Of a stretch of DNA of 30,373 nucleotides, positions 7,544-17,577 are shown piece by piece. The notes under the pieces are model-generated. The model was not told where the DNA came from. It worked only from the letters and a program-made list of their open reading frames with translations, and did no database searches. Numbering within the stretch: the first letter of the stretch is position 1; every line of letters starts with the position of its first letter. The translations under genes were made by a program, and so were the position numbers. The stretch comes from Bacillota bacterium (GTDB taxonomy: Bacteria; Bacillota_I; Bacilli_A; RFN20; CAG-826), in NCBI GenBank assembly GCA_023396795.1, contig JAEWUY010000128.1:1-30373 (forward strand). Direction: 5' to 3'.

Positions 7544-8440
7544 TTATATACCAAATATTAAGGCAAAAATTAGATAAATTAAAGCAATATGCGTTGGAAA
7601 GAATGCATAACTAGTGATGCGAAACCATTTCGCGTCATATCCGCGTTTACCATTATATAAGATGATAAGGAGACCAGCAAAGATCGACCAGGTTTGTATA
7701 TCAGCGAAATATAAATCTAAACCAGGTGATAAATATGGCAAGAACCAAAGGACAACGTTTAAAAAGAAAAGAGCGATAGCCATAATGATGTTTACTAGGC
7801 TACGGTATTGAGGCACATTTAGTAATTCGTTTCGTTCAACAACATAGCCAGTGGATACGTGATTAAACATGACTTTTGACGCGAGTTCATAAGAGTAATA
7901 AAAAGCAATTGTAAGTAAAAAGCCAAAGATGGAATAACCCATTCGCAAATATAATGGGAACCATTTAATTATCAGGTTGAGGGAGCTTAATTCTAATAAG
8001 TCGACAGTGGTGGATAAAATAACAAAGGATAATGGAAGGAGGGCCCAAAGTTTCTTAAAGCCTTTTTTGGTTATGAAGTAAATGAAAAGACCGTTAACTA
8101 ATAAGTCAATAAATGGGTTGTTGCCAATACTTGGATCAACAAAATAATATAAGATAACCTGTACAGCCATCACTAACCCCAAAAGGATGGCGAGGCGAAT
8201 TAAATATTGACGAACATTCTTTGAATGTACGAGACCTTCAACAAGCATAAGTACGAAAAGCGGAAAGGCCAGGCGTCCGATGCAGCGAAATATAAAACCG
8301 ACAACATAAAGAGTATCGCTTGTCGATGTAGCGTATTGCCACATGAAAAGACCGATATGATCAATTGCCATAGTCGCAAAGGCGATGATTTTAATCCAGA
8401 AACTGGAGAGCTTTTGCGCTCGTTCGAGTTTTGAGTCCAT
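7544..8440 (-). CDS. TraX family membrane protein (putative acyl/acetyltransferase)
   Basis: Polytopic membrane protein with KIIAFATMAIDHIG, IGRLAFPLF..LVEG..HS, YNGKRG and YAFFPTH motifs. AGGAG RBS. Confidence 0.8.
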   Translation of the reverse strand: MDSKLERAQKLSSFWIKIIAFATMAIDHIGLFMWQYATSTSDTLYVVGFIFRCIGRLAFPLFVLMLVEGLVHSKNVRQYLIRLAILLGLVMAVQVILYYFVDPSIGNNPFIDLLVNGLFIYFITKKGFKKLWALLPLSFVILSTTVDLLELSSLNLIIKWFPLYLRMGYSIFGFLLTIAFYYSYELASKVMFNHVSTGYVVERNELLNVPQYRSLVNIIMAIALFFLNVVLWFLPYLSPGLDLYFADIQTWSIFAGLLIILYNGKRGYDAKWFRITSYAFFPTHIALIYLIFALIFGI

Positions 8441-8448
8441 GTTATCTC

Positions 8449-9306
8449 CTAAATTTCAATAATCGTTAATAGAAAACTAATTAAATTATTCGTAATGTGG
8501 GCGTAAGTCGAAACAGCAAAACCTTCTTTTTCGTAGGCAATTGTTAAAATGGTACCTGCTAAGATGTAGGAAGGCAAATTAATTAACTCATTTAAAATGG
8601 TGTCGGGATTAAACGACATATGAATAAGCCCAAAAACGAGCATGGTGACAACATATGCGAGGGGTCGATTTAAGCGACGGATTAAAGAAAATAAGCCGAG
8701 TCGATACGTAATTTCTTCAACAATCGGACCAAATAAAACGAAGGCCAAAAACGACATGATTGGATAGCCACTCATCATCGCCACAATCGCACTTTCGTTT
8801 TGATTATCGCTCATCTCATAGCCAAAGGCTAAGATTACTAAATTATAAGCGACAGCCGCGACAATAACTAATCCACCATAGGATAGACCAACTACGATGT
8901 TGCGCAGGGGTTTAAAAGACTTTAATACGCGAATCAAATCTTTCCAAAGCAAAGCTATAAGACCGACAAACAAAGTCGAGTATGTAAAAAGGTTGAGCAT
9001 TAAATTCGTACGATTTGAGTTTAAGAAGGCTTCGTTAGCAATCGGATCAGTGTATGTGTTATTGGCGTAAATGATAAAAAAGAGCGATATTAATAAACTG
9101 ACAAGTGATAATCCGCCCCAACCAATCAAAAACATCAAGATTTGTTTCAACCAATGAACTTGAATAACATTTGGAAAACGGTTCGGTAATAATTCTCCTT
9201 CACTTGTCTGATTACAGCGAGGACAAACGCTTAAAGATCCGTCATGAATGTGGCGGCAGGAGGGGCATTGACGATAATTATTAGGTTTTGTTTTGTTTTT
9301 TGACAT
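8449..9306 (-). CDS. CPBP (type II CAAX/Abi) intramembrane glutamic endopeptidase with N-terminal zinc ribbon
   Basis: Motifs GPIVEEITYR (EExxxR), FGLIH (FxxxH) and HITNN (HxxxN); N-terminal CPSC-x10-CPRC. ATG 9306 is preferred over GTG 9399, which would fill the divergent promoter region. Confidence 0.87.
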   Translation of the reverse strand: MSKNKTKPNNYRQCPSCRHIHDGSLSVCPRCNQTSEGELLPNRFPNVIQVHWLKQILMFLIGWGGLSLVSLLISLFFIIYANNTYTDPIANEAFLNSNRTNLMLNLFTYSTLFVGLIALLWKDLIRVLKSFKPLRNIVVGLSYGGLVIVAAVAYNLVILAFGYEMSDNQNESAIVAMMSGYPIMSFLAFVLFGPIVEEITYRLGLFSLIRRLNRPLAYVVTMLVFGLIHMSFNPDTILNELINLPSYILAGTILTIAYEKEGFAVSTYAHITNNLISFLLTIIEI

Positions 9307-9404
9307 TTCAGTAAGTTTATTACAATTGAGGAATAAAATGTAAATAACTTTAATCAAGTTATGCAATAATAATATAATAAAAGCAAGGTGGGTGCACAAA
9401 GAAT

Positions 9405-12400
9405 ATGGATGCAGCTACGATTCAATTAATTACCCAAATCATTACGTGGGGCAGTCTTGGCCTCCTAATTTTGATTGTCGTCATTCTCTTTTTCGCCGGT
9501 TTGATTGGCTGGAAACGCGGGATATTTAATGCTGGTTTCCGTTTAATCTTTATTGGCATTTTAATTATTGTTGCTTTAACGACGGTTCGTCCGATGGTTG
9601 AATTTATCGGTGGACGTGACTTAGGACCATTAATGCGTCTATTTGGAATGGAGACGATAACTGTTTCCTCGGGATCAGGATCGGCTACGGTCGAAATTAC
9701 GAGCGTTTTTGAAACATTAACAAACTTGCTTGTTGCTTTGGGCGAGGCTAATGGTATTACGGTTGCAGCTGATCAAGTCAACGAGGTCGTTCATGGTTTA
9801 GTCTATTTAATTATTTCGACATTTGTTGTCATTATGGATGGCATTTTAATTTCTTCGCTTGGCAATTTAGGGGCCACTATTTTATGGCATGCAATTTTTA
9901 AACACCTAATAAGTAAACGAATTCGTAAAGTTGTTCGCGTTAAGGGTGTAGCCATGTTGATGGGATCGCTTAAATCGCTTCTTGTCGGAGCAATGTTAGT
10001 TTTTCCTTTCTCTTCATTAATTAATAATGCTGTACGCGCATTTAAAGATGAAGATAATGGCGTTATCATTGATAACGATTTGCTTAGCAGCGTGACGGAG
10101 ATTGTCGACGCTTATGATAACAGTGTTTTAGCAAATGTTTTGTTTAATTGGACAGCTGACGGGGAAGGCAAAACTTGGGATGTTATGCTTATGGATTCGC
10201 TTACTTCTGCAGATGTCGATGGAATTAAAGTTAGTTTTATCGATGAATTATACAACGTTATTGGAATTGGTAAGACCATTACTTCCGCGGGTATCTTTAG
10301 CGAAGGCGGTTTTGATTCGATTGGCTCGACTTTACTCGTTAATGACCAATTAGTGGTGTCTCTTTTATCTTCGATTGGTAATTCAGGTTTGGTTTTAATG
10401 CTTATTCCCGTCGCGGTCGAACTTGCGATGAATATGGATGAAGTGAAAAACTTTGTTGGCGAGGATTTACTCGATTTAAGTGACGTTGACTGGAAACACG
10501 AAATTAATAATATCGGCAAAATGTATCAGGCTGTTTTTGATAGTGGTTTGTTTGAAGATATGGTTGACGACGAAGGCAATTTTGTTCTCGATGACTCAGC
10601 TCTTGGCAAGTTGTTTGAGCTTGATACTTATTCAAACATCATGAGTATTTTTAGAGCAATTGATGATAGTAAACTATTAAGTCGCGCCATACCTGCTGTT
10701 GCCTATACAATGGCGCAAAATAATGAAGCAGTAGCAGCTTTTTCTGATTTCCTTCCCGAAACTTGGGAAGAGTACACAGCAATTAAGTGGGGCACTGAAT
10801 TAGGAATCGTCTATGATGCTTTGTTTAGAATTAATGCTCTTGATAGTAGTTTACTCCCATCATTGATGCTTGCTGGGGATGATAGTGGTGAAGGAGAAGG
10901 CGACCCTGAACCTGATCCAGCGATTCAAGTCGCTTTAGCTAACGCTGCCCTGGGTGCGCCTTATATGTCTGAGGAAGACATTTACGCTCAATATCTTGTC
11001 GAAGAAGAACCTGAAGAACCGGCTGCTAATCCCCTTGAGGGTATCTTGCGTAATGCTGGAGCCATTAAACAAATTTTAGTCGGTAATACCGATGCAAAAG
11101 GTAATCCGATCGGTGTTGACGCTAACGGAATGACGAAAGTTTTTGATGATGACGGCAATCGGTTGTATAACCGACACTATGCTTTATTTGATTCGCAACT
11201 TTTACAATACTCACTATCAGGAGCTATTACTTATCTTGTCGAAACTGTTTTGGCCGACTATAACCTTGAAGGACTTGATTTTGATAGTTTATTTGCTGAA
11301 CTTGATACGGGTGTTCGTTTAGTTAATTACAAAAAAGAATATGGCGCAGTCCTTGATTTGCTTGTAACTCTTGGTGAAAATGATGCGACTAGAGCTTTAG
11401 CTCTTGATCCAGAAAATTTACCGGGCATCGTTTTTAATGATGATGGTGGATTAGAAAGCATTGATCCGCAGTTAATTGCTGGTCTCAAAGCGGCTTTGCC
11501 GAAAATTGATAATTCTCGCCTTCTATCGATGATTTTACCTAATCTTATGGAAATGGTTTTTTCGGGTGAGCAAATGGCGGGAATGTTTGATGCGATTGGC
11601 ATCGACGCTACCTCATTAAATTGGGATACTTCTAATCTCGGCCGCGAATTTTCAATGTTGATTGATGCTTTTGATAGCGTTCAAGAATTAATGAGCATTA
11701 TGGAACCATTCGAAGACGAGACGGGTTCAATCGACCCCGCGAGTTTTGGCGATTTAATGTTTGAATTATCCGAAAATGATGAACCGTTAGCCAAAATGTT
11801 AGATACCTTGTATGCATCCAATATCATTAATGAAAAATATCAGGAAAATATTTACAACACTTATGGCGTTTTAATTCATAGCAAGGGTGAACTTGTTAAT
11901 GGTACCAATTCCAACTTCTATGCGATGCTTGATTTCGTCTTTGATTCGTTATTAGGCGGAAGAGGCTTTAGCAATAAAAAAGATGTCTACAATGTCGCTC
12001 AGTGGACAAACTCTCGAACACTTGAGGGCGATTTCCGTCGCGATAAATTTGGTAATGCCATCTATGATGGCGAAACTGGATTTATGACCGAATTCATCTC
12101 GGCGATTGGTCGGACAAGGCTTCTTGACATTATTGATGTGGGATCAGGCGGAACAATCGATTATGGCGACTTAGGTGCCGCCGTCAGCGATGTCTTTAGC
12201 GCCGTTGAAAAAAGCGCAGTTTTCTCTGCTACTTTTGGCGATGTTCTTGATATGTATATTTTAGAAGCCCTTAGCGATGACCCGGGTGATGTCAGTTTTA
12301 ATAACGTCACAGACTGGGAAGCAGAGGGAGAAGCCTTCGAGCGCCTTTGCTTAGCGATTGAAGATTTTGGTGATTTCCAAGACATCGACTTCATCGGTAG

Positions 12401-15400
12401 TGATCCCGATAACGTTGTGGCCTTGCTTAGTGCTCTTGCCGATTCACAAATGTTTGATGGACCTGATGGTTATTTGTTTGGTGACTTCTTTTATGACAAA
12501 TTAATGACTTCTTTAGGAGGCAACGCCTCTTATTTATACGATCCGAATGCTACGACCACTAACGAAGTTAAAAGCGATTTTGACTCACTAGAGACACGGC
12601 CAGAATGGCAGGCGGAAATTGTTCTTTTTGGCGAAGCTTTAGAAGCTTTGCAAGGTTCCAACGTTGATATTCATGGTGATCCAATTGATACAGGCGATCC
12701 TGTTGATTATTTAGGACTACTAACAACCGGCAAAGTGACATCCGACAATGTTCGCAATATTTTGACAGCTCTTAACAATACAACGACGATGCGAATGATT
12801 ATTTATAATGGTTATAACCAAATAGCAACAGCCTTCCAATCCGATGAAATTGATTTATCGACGATGAATAACGAAGCTTTAGTTTATATGAGTCGGGTTC
12901 AGCGTCAAGATGAAATCGATTTGACGGTCGATATGTATAAAGTTATTGAAAGTATCGGCACAAAAGATCCGATTACTGGAAACTATTCATACGATATAAA
13001 CTTCCGCGATACTGAAGATGCGGCGATTGACGACCTTCGCTTAGCTTTGAATGGACTTGTCGGTTCGGTTGTTTTTAACTCCCTTGATGGTGATGCCCTA
13101 CCTGCTGATGAAACGGTTTTTAGACAATTCATGGGCAAATTCATGAAGGTCAGCGTTATCGAAGAATCAATATACCGTCTGGAAAATCCTAAGGATATCG
13201 CTGGTGTCAGTGATGGCTATTACACCGATGGAACGACAAAGATTGTCTACATTATTAATACAAATCTGCCAACTCCGAGCGTAAATCTAAATTACGAATT
13301 AGTTTTTGATTTGACACAAACACTAGCTGCGCAACAAGGATATATTAATGAGATGATGGACTTAGTCGACGTCATGGTCAGCCTTGATGAAGGTGGCAGC
13401 GATCCTTACTCGGTTGATGGTATGAACATCGAATATGAAGCCTTAACAGAGGCGAATTTCGAAAGCATGCTTAACTCTTTAAATGATTCGCAATTGCTTT
13501 ATGATTGCGTGCCAAATATGATTTCGCGCATTGTTAATGATGAATCAGCTTTTGCTATTGACGATATTAACTTAGCTGCTGCTCATCCTTTCTTCCATTA
13601 TAATGGAACGAACTTTACTAATCGTTTCCCAAGCGGGGAAATTAGCGAACTAAGCGACCTGTTCGTCTTAATTCAAGAATTTAGCGCCCTTGTGACAACG
13701 GGTGATTTGGACTTAGCCCTTTTAACTACTGGAACAAATTTATCAACTTTTAAAGATACGCTTATAGCTTTGTCAGAAACAGAAACTTTCTATCAAGCTG
13801 GCAGTAATTTACTAGGTGAGGTAACGGTTTTTGAACAAATCATGCGCAAAATTTATGTTGATACATATTTAGCTGATCTTTCCTATCAACAAGTCGTCGA
13901 TTATGATCCCTTGGTCGCATCGATTGAACAAGGCATTAATAAAAAAGTCACTGATTCCCTAGTTGCCTTCCCATCGACTAGTTACTTAAATGGCGGCAGT
14001 TGGATCAATGAAATTGATGCGATTGGTGATTTAATTGTCACTTTCAACGGTTTAGGATTTACTTCTGGCGATTTTGATGGTCTTTCCGTCGATACTTTAA
14101 CCCCGACACAACTTTCAGCCATTTTACAAAGTATTAACCGCCTTGATGTTGTCAAAGATGCGATTCCGTTTATGATTAAAGACGCTTTGTATAACGTGAA
14201 TATTAATTTTGACCGCTTCTCGGCCTACGACAAAGCCGAATTTACTTTGGATGAGACTTCATTTGCCGGTCCGTTAACAACTGTTACTTTGACTGATGGT
14301 ACTTATAGTATTGATGTTACTGGTAATAATGTTTCTAGCGATGGTTCCACAATCGAAGTTGCTTTGGGAGGATATTTATACAACCTTGATCCGATTAACA
14401 ATATTTCTTCCTTGGTAATTGACGCTGGTGCTGGATCAAGTTTTGAAGTTTTCTATGGTACGACACCTAATCCCACTGTTAACTCTTATTTCTTAACGGC
14501 TGAGGCTGGTGATGTTTATACAGTTGACTTATCAGATATTCCTTATCAATATTTCCGAATCGAAGCGATAACAACTTTTGACATTGAACAATTAACGATT
14601 AAGCAGGCGATTGAATCTGGTGATTATATGCAGGATCAAATTAGCTATCGTGATGTTAACATTCCGATTTTGATTGATCTCATGGACGAATTCTATGTTG
14701 ATTCAACGAGCACTTACTATGATTTTAGCCAGCCAGAAGGCGTTGTGGGTTTTGTCAATGATGGCAATTCAACCGCTCCGATTTTAGCCTTCATTATTGA
14801 TAGCGACCTTTATCAAACACAAATTACTCCGCAATATAAAGCTGAGTCTCTTTTCTTATACAATATTTTGTCCTTTGAAATGTCCGTTACTGTTGGCGGC
14901 GCTCCAATCGACTTAGAAAGTGCCTTAGCACATAACGTTCGTGGCACATTGACAAGCGATAAGCTTGCCAAAATCAACGATATTCTTAATGTTGATTCCC
15001 TTGCAAAGTTTGATGTTACAAAAGAAGGCGATGCGATTGACTATGGTTTATTTGCTATGTCGTTTCTTGAAGGAGCTTTGTCAATGCCGACGGCCAAAAC
15101 AGCTTTCGCCTCACCTCTTGATCATTATTTATATAACATTGTTAAATACGACACAGGTTCTGGCATTGTTAATTATCTTGATTTGGCTGTGGGGTCAAGT
15201 ACGCGCGGCGTCATTGATAATAATTTCCTCGATGACTATGGTCACGCTTTGTTAATTAGTGAAATCGTCGCTGGTCAACTGAATGACATTATGGAAGAAA
15301 AATATGACTACCTAGTTACTAACGCTATTCCCCATACCGAAGTTGATTTGTACTCTAGCGAATACGGTGCCTTAAACGCCATTGAGCGAGTCGGCTTATC

Positions 15401-15662
15401 TGGAGCGGTGCAGGCCTTGTATTATTCATTAAATGATTTATTAGTACCTGATACGGAAATGACTGCTGCTGAGGTTACAGCGGCCTTTGAAGCGATGTAT
15501 GATTCGGATATTGCAATGATTTTCTATCAAGCTGATATTTATCCGTGTTTATCTGGTAATTTGTTGGCCGGGGGTCGGGGTTTAACGGGGGAAGCTAATC
15601 CGACGACATTATCCGATTGGCAAGATATCGCGAACGCTTTGATTGCTAGCCGTGGCTTATAA
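9405..15662 (+). CDS. Giant (2085 aa) acidic membrane-anchored protein of unknown function with a CvpA-like N-terminal TM region
   Basis: Uninterrupted ORF. About four hydrophobic segments in the first ~205 aa (GWKRG motif after TM1), followed by a long D/E/L-rich region with recurring W-x-x-E motifs. Confidence 0.75.
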   Translation: MDAATIQLITQIITWGSLGLLILIVVILFFAGLIGWKRGIFNAGFRLIFIGILIIVALTTVRPMVEFIGGRDLGPLMRLFGMETITVSSGSGSATVEITSVFETLTNLLVALGEANGITVAADQVNEVVHGLVYLIISTFVVIMDGILISSLGNLGATILWHAIFKHLISKRIRKVVRVKGVAMLMGSLKSLLVGAMLVFPFSSLINNAVRAFKDEDNGVIIDNDLLSSVTEIVDAYDNSVLANVLFNWTADGEGKTWDVMLMDSLTSADVDGIKVSFIDELYNVIGIGKTITSAGIFSEGGFDSIGSTLLVNDQLVVSLLSSIGNSGLVLMLIPVAVELAMNMDEVKNFVGEDLLDLSDVDWKHEINNIGKMYQAVFDSGLFEDMVDDEGNFVLDDSALGKLFELDTYSNIMSIFRAIDDSKLLSRAIPAVAYTMAQNNEAVAAFSDFLPETWEEYTAIKWGTELGIVYDALFRINALDSSLLPSLMLAGDDSGEGEGDPEPDPAIQVALANAALGAPYMSEEDIYAQYLVEEEPEEPAANPLEGILRNAGAIKQILVGNTDAKGNPIGVDANGMTKVFDDDGNRLYNRHYALFDSQLLQYSLSGAITYLVETVLADYNLEGLDFDSLFAELDTGVRLVNYKKEYGAVLDLLVTLGENDATRALALDPENLPGIVFNDDGGLESIDPQLIAGLKAALPKIDNSRLLSMILPNLMEMVFSGEQMAGMFDAIGIDATSLNWDTSNLGREFSMLIDAFDSVQELMSIMEPFEDETGSIDPASFGDLMFELSENDEPLAKMLDTLYASNIINEKYQENIYNTYGVLIHSKGELVNGTNSNFYAMLDFVFDSLLGGRGFSNKKDVYNVAQWTNSRTLEGDFRRDKFGNAIYDGETGFMTEFISAIGRTRLLDIIDVGSGGTIDYGDLGAAVSDVFSAVEKSAVFSATFGDVLDMYILEALSDDPGDVSFNNVTDWEAEGEAFERLCLAIEDFGDFQDIDFIGSDPDNVVALLSALADSQMFDGPDGYLFGDFFYDKLMTSLGGNASYLYDPNATTTNEVKSDFDSLETRPEWQAEIVLFGEALEALQGSNVDIHGDPIDTGDPVDYLGLLTTGKVTSDNVRNILTALNNTTTMRMIIYNGYNQIATAFQSDEIDLSTMNNEALVYMSRVQRQDEIDLTVDMYKVIESIGTKDPITGNYSYDINFRDTEDAAIDDLRLALNGLVGSVVFNSLDGDALPADETVFRQFMGKFMKVSVIEESIYRLENPKDIAGVSDGYYTDGTTKIVYIINTNLPTPSVNLNYELVFDLTQTLAAQQGYINEMMDLVDVMVSLDEGGSDPYSVDGMNIEYEALTEANFESMLNSLNDSQLLYDCVPNMISRIVNDESAFAIDDINLAAAHPFFHYNGTNFTNRFPSGEISELSDLFVLIQEFSALVTTGDLDLALLTTGTNLSTFKDTLIALSETETFYQAGSNLLGEVTVFEQIMRKIYVDTYLADLSYQQVVDYDPLVASIEQGINKKVTDSLVAFPSTSYLNGGSWINEIDAIGDLIVTFNGLGFTSGDFDGLSVDTLTPTQLSAILQSINRLDVVKDAIPFMIKDALYNVNINFDRFSAYDKAEFTLDETSFAGPLTTVTLTDGTYSIDVTGNNVSSDGSTIEVALGGYLYNLDPINNISSLVIDAGAGSSFEVFYGTTPNPTVNSYFLTAEAGDVYTVDLSDIPYQYFRIEAITTFDIEQLTIKQAIESGDYMQDQISYRDVNIPILIDLMDEFYVDSTSTYYDFSQPEGVVGFVNDGNSTAPILAFIIDSDLYQTQITPQYKAESLFLYNILSFEMSVTVGGAPIDLESALAHNVRGTLTSDKLAKINDILNVDSLAKFDVTKEGDAIDYGLFAMSFLEGALSMPTAKTAFASPLDHYLYNIVKYDTGSGIVNYLDLAVGSSTRGVIDNNFLDDYGHALLISEIVAGQLNDIMEEKYDYLVTNAIPHTEVDLYSSEYGALNAIERVGLSGAVQALYYSLNDLLVPDTEMTAAEVTAAFEAMYDSDIAMIFYQADIYPCLSGNLLAGGRGLTGEANPTTLSDWQDIANALIASRGL

Positions 15663-15665
15663 TTA

Positions 15666-16274
15666 ATGCAAACTATATTAACTTCAAACCAATCAACACT
15701 TATTGTCGATAAGTCACGCTTCATCGGCGTGACTTTTCATGTCGAAACAACTCATGACGTTAATGAGTGTCTTGCCCATGTTCGTAAAATCTTTCCAAAA
15801 GCAAAGCATTATTGCTATGCCTATGTTATCGGTCATGACGAAAAAGGTTTTGATGATGGCGAACCTTCAAAAACAGCGGGACGTCCTTTACTTGAACTTT
15901 TAAAACGAGGGGCATATGACGAAACATTGATTGTGGTTGTTCGCTATTTTGGAGGAACCCTTTTAGGGGCTTCGCGATTGTTACGCACTTATGTTAGTAT
16001 CGCCAACGCGACGTTAAACGCTGCCGAAAAACATCAGATTGTTTATATGCATACTTACCAATTAGAAGTTTCTTATAGTGACTATGAATATTTGCAAATT
16101 GAAGCTAAAAAGCATTCCTTCATCTTGGAAAACGTTACATTTAGCGATACCATTGGTATTAAGCTTTTAGCCCAACGAAAAGCTGACGAATTTTTACTAC
16201 AAATTTTACAAGGAAGAGGTGAAATAAAGCCTCTTAATCTTGAAAAAAGATACTTAAAGGAGAACAGTTTATGA
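15666..16274 (+). CDS. yigZ: YigZ/IMPACT family protein
   Basis: KSRFIG, AKHYCYAY, DDGEPSKTAGRP, VVVRYFGGTLLGASRLLRTY. Confidence 0.93.
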   Translation: MQTILTSNQSTLIVDKSRFIGVTFHVETTHDVNECLAHVRKIFPKAKHYCYAYVIGHDEKGFDDGEPSKTAGRPLLELLKRGAYDETLIVVVRYFGGTLLGASRLLRTYVSIANATLNAAEKHQIVYMHTYQLEVSYSDYEYLQIEAKKHSFILENVTFSDTIGIKLLAQRKADEFLLQILQGRGEIKPLNLEKRYLKENSL

Positions 16275-17527
16275 TTACATCAAGCGAATATTCACAACGT
16301 CGGGATCGCCTCTTTGAACAAATGGAAGATGATTCTTTTGCCATACTTTTTGCCGGCGTCGGTCGGAAAATGTCTAATGATAGTTTTCGTTACGACGTTA
16401 ATCGTAATTTTTATTATTTAACTGGTATAGATCAAGAAAACTCGATTTTAATGCTTGTTAAAGCTTGTGGGGAACGCAAAACATACTTGTTTATTGATGA
16501 ATACGACGAACATAAAGAAAAGTGGACGGGTGTCCGCCTTAACATCGAAGCCGCCAAAGCTTTAAGTGGTGTTAATAATATTTTATTCACCAATTCCTTT
16601 GAAGCTAAGCTCGAAGGGGCCTTAAGTGATGAAAGCAGTCTTGGCCATTTAGCCATTCTTTATCTTGATTTAGAAAAAGAATTAAAAATTAAAGAATGTT
16701 ATTCGACTCTTGAGCTCAAAGAAGAACTTGAAACTAAGCACAAAAATATCGTCATTAATAATCTTTATCCGTTTTTAATTATGCAGCGGATGATTAAATC
16801 ACCGGCAGAAATCGCTTTACTACGCGAAGCTATCAAAACGACGGACTTAGGTATTAAAAATATTTTATTGACCTTGCGTCCTGGTTTATATGAATATAAC
16901 CTACGTAACACATTCGAATATGCCATCGCCGAAGATAATGATGCCTCCAAAGCTTTTGACACCATTGTCGCCAGCGGGCAAAACGCTGTTATTTTACATT
17001 ACCCCAATCCCAAAGAACGCTTAAATAACGGCGAACTCGTTTTATTGGATTTAGGTGCCAGACGCGACTATTATAATGCCGATATATCGAGGACTTTCCC
17101 AATTAACGGGACTTTTATGCCCAAGCAAAAAGCTTTGTACGAAATCGTTTTAGGTTGCAATAAGGCCGTTATTAATTTTATTCGTCCGGGTTTGACCTTA
17201 AGCGAACTACAAAAATTTGCGATCGATTATTTAGCGGCCGAATGTGTTTTAAAAGGGTTTATCAAAACGAAGGAAGATATTTCCAAAGTATATTACCATG
17301 GTGTCTCACATCACTTAGGTTTAGACACTCATGATATTGCCCAGCACGATCGGCCTTTAGAACCAGGTATGGTCATCACAGTTGAACCTGGTTTATATTT
17401 CAAAGATTTAAAAATTGGAATACGCGTTGAAGACGATGTTGTTATTACTGAAACGGGTTGTGATAATCTCTCAAAAGATATTCTCAAGGAAGTTAATGAT
17501 ATTGAGAAAATTATGGCCACCAAATAA
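16271..17527 (+). CDS. pepP: Xaa-Pro aminopeptidase (aminopeptidase P, M24B)
   Basis: NRNFYYLTG, RMIKS..EI, LHY, LLDLG, ADISRTFP, YHGVSHHLGLDTHD, TVEPGLY, GIRVEDD. ATGA overlap with yigZ. Confidence 0.92.
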   Translation: MITSSEYSQRRDRLFEQMEDDSFAILFAGVGRKMSNDSFRYDVNRNFYYLTGIDQENSILMLVKACGERKTYLFIDEYDEHKEKWTGVRLNIEAAKALSGVNNILFTNSFEAKLEGALSDESSLGHLAILYLDLEKELKIKECYSTLELKEELETKHKNIVINNLYPFLIMQRMIKSPAEIALLREAIKTTDLGIKNILLTLRPGLYEYNLRNTFEYAIAEDNDASKAFDTIVASGQNAVILHYPNPKERLNNGELVLLDLGARRDYYNADISRTFPINGTFMPKQKALYEIVLGCNKAVINFIRPGLTLSELQKFAIDYLAAECVLKGFIKTKEDISKVYYHGVSHHLGLDTHDIAQHDRPLEPGMVITVEPGLYFKDLKIGIRVEDDVVITETGCDNLSKDILKEVNDIEKIMATK

Positions 17528-17538
17528 TTGGCAACATT

Positions 17539-17571
17539 AAAAAAAGAGCGATTTATGTTCGCTCTTTTTTT
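17539..17571. terminator. Bidirectional Rho-independent terminator
   Basis: AAAAAAAGAGCGA-tttatgt-TCGCTCTTTTTTT between the convergent pepP and nuclease genes. Confidence 0.88.
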
Positions 17572-17577
17572 GTTTGT

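Noticed and set aside
7544..8440. TraX as evidence of a conjugative element
   Set aside because: No relaxase, coupling protein, VirB4 or pilin genes are nearby, and stand-alone chromosomal TraX-family genes are common.
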